Of a stretch of 32,607 nucleotides of DNA, positions 27,945 through 32,607 are shown piece by piece; positions within the stretch are counted from its first letter, which is position 1, and each line of letters opens with the position of its first letter. Position numbers and translations under genes: made by a program. This DNA is from Stramenopiles sp. TOSAG23-3 (lineage: Eukaryota), in assembly GCA_900128585.1 (NCBI GenBank), contig LT642214.1:1-32607 (forward strand), read 5' to 3'. The notes below the pieces were generated by a model. The model had not been told where the DNA came from and searched no databases. It saw nothing but the letters and a program-made list of their open reading frames with translations.

Positions 27945-30869
27945 TTAGCTAATTTTCGGCCGAAAGAATCGCCCATCTTTGCTAAGCTCAAGATTGCTGC
28001 TGCTTAGTGAACCTTCGCCAATACTTAATTTTTCGACGCCTTCTTCAAGTTTTCCCAATTGTCCAGCATTGGTATTGCTGGTGCCAGATATTTTTCCTGC
28101 CAAGTATGCAGGAAGTTCATCTAACGCTACCTCTTTGCTTTCTCTCGCTTTCATGTCTTTCACCTGGCAAACGCCTTTCTGGATTTCGTTTTCTCCCAAA
28201 ATAACCATCCACGGGATGTCTTTTTCCAGGGCCATGGTCAATTGGCGTTTGAAAGCAATGTCTACCTTGTAAACGAACTTCGCTGATAATCCAACCCGCC
28301 ACAAAGACGAGCAGAGCTTCATTCGCTCTTTAATAAACGAGCCACCCGTACTAGCGACTAGAACGTCTACAGGCTTCGCTCCAAAGTTGTTGTTCAATTT
28401 CGCTTTCCTTTCCATTATAGCAAAAACCCGTTCAATGCCAATACTGACACCAACGCACGGGGTGCTCTTGCCAGAAAACATGCCAACAAGGTTGTCGTAG
28501 CGTCCACCGGCCGCTATGGAACCGACGCGTTCGCCCTTTTCTGTGATGACAGCTTCGTAAATCAAGCCAGTGTAGTAATCAAGTCCTCGCGCCAAGCTTA
28601 GGTCAAACGAAATGTTGTCCAACACACCCATGACTTCCATGTATTCAAACAGTAGCTTCAAATCCCCCATAGCCTTTGCAGCGCGCGGGTGGGTGGCAAA
28701 CTCGGTCCACTCCGTTTCCATTAGTTTCTTGTGCAGCGCCAGCGGGGAAGCGTGGGTCCGAACGTCGCTGTCCTCTTTCACATAACGACCGATTCGATCA
28801 GCAACAACCGGGTCTAGCCCTTTCACTTCGATCATTTCGCACCGAACTGCTGACCATGGTTCTTTGTCCAACTTGTCGATGGCAGAGCAGATGGGGCGAA
28901 ATTTCTGCTCTGGAACGCCACAAATATCGAGCATTGCGTCCAGGAGAACACGGTGATTTAACTTGATTGCAAAATCGCCAATAGGCAACGCGCGCAAAAT
29001 TTCAATCGCTACAGACAAAACCTCCGTTTCTGGGATCATCGGGTCGTACTCCCCGGCAACATCGTAGTCGCACTGGTAAAATTCTCGAAAGCGGCCTTTG
29101 GCCGCATTGGGAGTATCGCGACGGTAGACTTTTCCAATGTGAAAGCGTTTGATGTTTCCTACCGAGTGTGACGCCAAGAACCTGGCAAATGGGACGGTCA
29201 AATCGTACCTTAGCGCAAGCAATTCTCCTCCTTGGTCGGCAAGTTCGTATATCAGCTTGGAATCTTCGCCGTACTTTCCAGTCAACGTCTCTTTCAGCTC
29301 AAACACGGGTGTATCGATCTCTACCGCACCATGATTACGAAAAACTCCACGAATGACCTCAAACGCTTCTTGGCGAACTGCCATTTGCTGAGGCTCAAAA
29401 TCTCGCGCCCCCTTCACGACCTTGGGCACGCGCATGACTCCTCCACTTCCGATCCGGTCCAACAATTCACGCAGAAGCCCCGCGGTGCTCAGGCCATCTT
29501 TGCTGGGGTCGATGTACTGACCGACGTCCGACCCGCCCGCCAGCAGTTTCATGAACCATGATGTCCCGGCACCCAACGATAGGCCAGACGAGTTTTTCTT
29601 TCCTCCCCCTTTCTTGGCGGCCTTGGCGGCTTTCTTGGCGGCCTTGGCGGCCCTTTTGGCAGCAGCCTTCTCGTTCTCGACAGGGTTGCCACCTTTCGCA
29701 GCGTTGGCAGCCTCCATTTTTTTCTTGTATTCTTCTGCTTTCAAGCGAGCTTTCTCTTCCTTTGCCTTGTTGATCGCTTCCTTCTCGGCCCGTCGAGTTT
29801 CCAAGATAGTCGTGCTCTTTCGCAGCTCGGCAGTCAAAGTGCTTATTAACTTTGAGGCGCTCGCGTCGCCTGCAGACGGTGCCTGAGGGATGGCCTCGGC
29901 GGAAGCCAATAGACCTAGGCGGTCTTGCGACGCCTTGAAAAGCTTTGCAACGTACAAGCTAAGGGACTGGAGGGCAACCTCGACTGCGGTGCCGTCGAAC
30001 GAAGCGCGCATTCCGAGCGCAGGCGCACCGTTCAGTTCTGTCTTAAAGGAACGAGCGATGCTAGGTAAGCTCCACCGGGCGGGACCATGCTGCTGAGGGG
30101 TTAGCTCTGCCGCGTTCAACGATCGTTTCTTTGGGGCCTTCTTTCCCTCTGCCTTTAAATTCTTTGAATCTTTCAGAAAGATGCGAAGGTTTGACGCGGA
30201 CTCCACCACGCCCCTATGCGGACGGCACACGTAGTCTGCCTCGTTAAAGGCTGAAACAGGGGTTTGCAACGCCTCGCACGAGAGAGCAGCAACAGCATCC
30301 GCAATGTCCATCACAGATATCACCGTGTGTATCTCCAAGGCGGCCACCGCGGCCATAGCGATCACATCGCGTGAGAAAGCAAAGAGCTCAATGGGGGTTA
30401 GCTCTCCGATCGGGGCCAGCTTGCTGTCAGAGCTTCCCGAGTACGTCTCGCCTTCTCCAGTTTCCAAAAACTTTACGAGCGCCGGCGTGTACACCATTTC
30501 CGCCGCGTTCTTGGTCCGTGGCAATTGGGGGATTACGTCGCTGTTGAGCATCTCTGCCAGCATGTTCGCAACTTCTGGGCGCACGTCCGAGCGGCAGGCC
30601 ATAAACCATACCAAGTGGAAGCAGACGGTTGCGCGCGCCTCCGCTTTTGTATAGAACAAAGAGGAGGGCGCCGCTTCTGCTTTAACGTCAAAGTGTGGCT
30701 CTGGGGCTTTTTGCTTCTTGGCCATGCCCGCAGATTTTTTCATTTGCTCGATAACAGGAGTATCAAGTTGAACGTTCGCGCGATAGTGCGAAACTTTAAA
30801 CAGCTCTTCCAGGGTTACATTTCTATTCCCCACAAGGACGCTTTCCTTTGACGTGGCTGTCGTGGACAT
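27945..30869 (-). CDS. HARS1: Cytosolic histidyl-tRNA synthetase with an N-terminal histidine/phenylalanine ammonia-lyase-like domain
   Basis: HisRS core KGARDF, EIDTPVFELKETLTGKYGEDSKLIYEL, LRYDLTVPFAR, YRRD, GRFREFYQCDYD, LARGLDYYTG, AAGGRYDNLVG, plus the anticodon domain. The N-terminal ~350 aa are HAL-like (RPHRGVVESASNLR, PQQHGPA, ELNG). Confidence 0.96.
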   Translation of the reverse strand: MSTTATSKESVLVGNRNVTLEELFKVSHYRANVQLDTPVIEQMKKSAGMAKKQKAPEPHFDVKAEAAPSSLFYTKAEARATVCFHLVWFMACRSDVRPEVANMLAEMLNSDVIPQLPRTKNAAEMVYTPALVKFLETGEGETYSGSSDSKLAPIGELTPIELFAFSRDVIAMAAVAALEIHTVISVMDIADAVAALSCEALQTPVSAFNEADYVCRPHRGVVESASNLRIFLKDSKNLKAEGKKAPKKRSLNAAELTPQQHGPARWSLPSIARSFKTELNGAPALGMRASFDGTAVEVALQSLSLYVAKLFKASQDRLGLLASAEAIPQAPSAGDASASKLISTLTAELRKSTTILETRRAEKEAINKAKEEKARLKAEEYKKKMEAANAAKGGNPVENEKAAAKRAAKAAKKAAKAAKKGGGKKNSSGLSLGAGTSWFMKLLAGGSDVGQYIDPSKDGLSTAGLLRELLDRIGSGGVMRVPKVVKGARDFEPQQMAVRQEAFEVIRGVFRNHGAVEIDTPVFELKETLTGKYGEDSKLIYELADQGGELLALRYDLTVPFARFLASHSVGNIKRFHIGKVYRRDTPNAAKGRFREFYQCDYDVAGEYDPMIPETEVLSVAIEILRALPIGDFAIKLNHRVLLDAMLDICGVPEQKFRPICSAIDKLDKEPWSAVRCEMIEVKGLDPVVADRIGRYVKEDSDVRTHASPLALHKKLMETEWTEFATHPRAAKAMGDLKLLFEYMEVMGVLDNISFDLSLARGLDYYTGLIYEAVITEKGERVGSIAAGGRYDNLVGMFSGKSTPCVGVSIGIERVFAIMERKAKLNNNFGAKPVDVLVASTGGSFIKERMKLCSSLWRVGLSAKFVYKVDIAFKRQLTMALEKDIPWMVILGENEIQKGVCQVKDMKARESKEVALDELPAYLAGKISGTSNTNAGQLGKLEEGVEKLSIGEGSLSSSNLELSKDGRFFRPKIS

Positions 30870-31697
30870 GATAATAGAAGTTGAGATACAGTAGTATTTT
30901 TAATAATACAGAACTAATAATCCGCAAAAGTACAATTTTTTTGAGAAGAAAACAACGGCGTATTTTTTCCTTCACTATCTGCGAATTTCAACATAATACA
31001 TTGATTGTTTTTTGTTCATCCTTTTAAAACTATTTTTTATTTCGTGTCTATTTCTGTCTTCTCTGGCGACACGACGATATGTGGGGTGTAAAAGAGAGGA
31101 AGTACGAGGATATAATAATAATAATGAATAATAAAAAATAAAAAATTTATTTATAATATTTATATTGTTTCTTCTTCTTTCCGGATGATAAATATCCGAC
31201 TTTACTTTTTCTTCTTCGGTGCTCCATTCAATCCATTCAATCTTCAGTAAATAGACGACTTCGTACGTACGTATTATTAATATATTATTAATAGGTAAAA
31301 AGGAGGAACTATTATTAGCTAATTAATATATAAAAAATCTTCTTCTAAATAATTATTTATTTATTCTTCTTTTTTTTTAAATTTTTTATTTTTATTTTTT
31401 TATTATTTTTTGACAAAAAATAAATTTATTATCATCCAATATATCATACGTAGACAGACTAGTTGAATCTTGAATTGATATTTAGTCTAATAATTTATAC
31501 TGTAGTCGTCTAATAATAAGCGATTCTGACCGTTGTAATAATTATTTTAATTTTATTTTATGGTCTTAGTTGCCTCCGCTGGCAGTTTTCAATTTAGTGA
31601 CTGTTAAACGTCTACTTCTAGTTTTCGGTTCAGTTCAACTGGTTGAAATTGACAGTATTCTTCGCAAGAACGACGGTGCCAATTTTCGAAAACTCTC

Positions 31698-32447
31698 ATG
31701 GATAGCTTGAAGGCTTCGATCCCGCCTCTTGTAGACGAGAGCACCGACCCGGCGGTGTTGAAAGGGTACATAAAGGAAAACTTGATGGCAGACACCATAA
31801 ATCCTCACTTTAAGATCCGAGTTTCTGATGAATTTTTGAAAGCGAAAACAGACTGTTTATCGAAAGTCCAGTCTTTTTACAGTCTCGTCGCCTACGAAGG
31901 GGACGACCCTTGTGTTAGTTGCAACTTGCGTGCAGAGTGGGAGTGTACAAGAGCCTTGCGGGAATATTTTGACATGGTGCGTGTGAAAGTTACGTCAGCC
32001 ATGTTTGGCGAAGAGTTCCAGCGTCTGGAGTCTACGAAAGGGCAAAGGCGCTTCGAGGCAGATCTGAAAGTTCGATACTACCCGGAGAGAGGCCCTCGAA
32101 AGTTAGGAGCCCATGTCGACGGAAATTTTATGACATTTTTATGGTCAGACCGTCCAGGGCTACAATTTCCAAAGGAGACACCAGAATCTGGTTTGTCCCC
32201 CACGGACGTTCGTGCCATTGGATTGCCCTCTTTGTGCCCCCCAACGATCAGTTTGAAGGATGAAATGTGGGAAGACGTGGCGCAACACTCACGAGAAATA
32301 GTCATTACACTAGGAAATGGATTTTTTGATGAAGAGATTGTAAAAATTAGCGAATTTGCGGGGATAAACTGTCCAGTGCTCCACAGAGTAAGCTGCTCCC
32401 AGAGTGGGGATCGTTTCAGTATACCGTATCTTTTCAGTGTGGTTTAA
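31698..32447 (+). CDS. 2-oxoglutarate/Fe(II)-dependent dioxygenase (IPNS-like fold)
   Basis: VRYYP, HxD (GAHVDGNFMTFL), distal His (PVLHRV) and RxS (DRFSIPY). Confidence 0.85.
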   Translation: MDSLKASIPPLVDESTDPAVLKGYIKENLMADTINPHFKIRVSDEFLKAKTDCLSKVQSFYSLVAYEGDDPCVSCNLRAEWECTRALREYFDMVRVKVTSAMFGEEFQRLESTKGQRRFEADLKVRYYPERGPRKLGAHVDGNFMTFLWSDRPGLQFPKETPESGLSPTDVRAIGLPSLCPPTISLKDEMWEDVAQHSREIVITLGNGFFDEEIVKISEFAGINCPVLHRVSCSQSGDRFSIPYLFSVV

Positions 32448-32550
32448 AAAAGAACTTTAAAAAATGTAAGAAAGTTGTAGGGCCTGCGTCATCTTTTTTC
32501 TCTCCATCTCTCACACCCGCCTCTCCCGATTATATTCCCAAAAACGACAC

Positions 32551-32607
32551 CTATTCAATGATTTGGAGCTCCGTTGGTTCCTGCATTTTCTTGGCCTCTT
32601 CTTTAAC
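32551..32607 (-). CDS. Probable 3' end of a gene entering from the right edge
   Basis: Frame VKEEAKKMQEPTELQIIE-TAG is open to the window end with coding-like composition. Too short to identify. Confidence 0.35.
   Translation of the reverse strand, partial: VKEEAKKMQEPTELQIIE

Noticed and set aside
27895-27945. Hammerhead-like CTGATGA...GAAA
   Set aside because: Stem II pairs poorly, and no stem I/III complement or UH cleavage site is present.

Overview
Eukaryotic nuclear DNA from a gene-dense, apparently intron-poor protist, with moderately GC-rich genes and very AT-rich spacers. A stramenopile-like microbial eukaryote is my inference, not something the sequence proves. There are two scaffold gaps (7615-7692, 24414-24417). 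Genes in order: a >1788-aa C2-C2-EF-hand-like-WD40 protein running off the left edge (missing from the ORF track); DcpS with a repeat tail; a selenocysteine glutathione peroxidase (in-frame TGA plus a clear SECIS hairpin); an ABCC/MRP exporter fused in frame to an Eis-like GNAT acetyltransferase and frameshifted by a 13-bp tandem duplication; a repeat-rich R/G/D/Y protein; a SEC14-GOLD protein; a sphingomyelinase-like EEP hydrolase; USB1; a J-domain membrane ORF and a thioredoxin-like membrane ORF separated by an AT-rich insert; a second ABCC; HisRS with an N-terminal ammonia-lyase-like domain; and a 2OG-Fe(II) dioxygenase. Spacers between convergent genes hold two unrecognised repeat families: one with coding remnants, and one flanked by 13-18 bp target-site-like duplications. 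Upstream spacers share candidate promoter motifs. The best novelty candidates are the ABCC-GNAT fusion and the repeat families.
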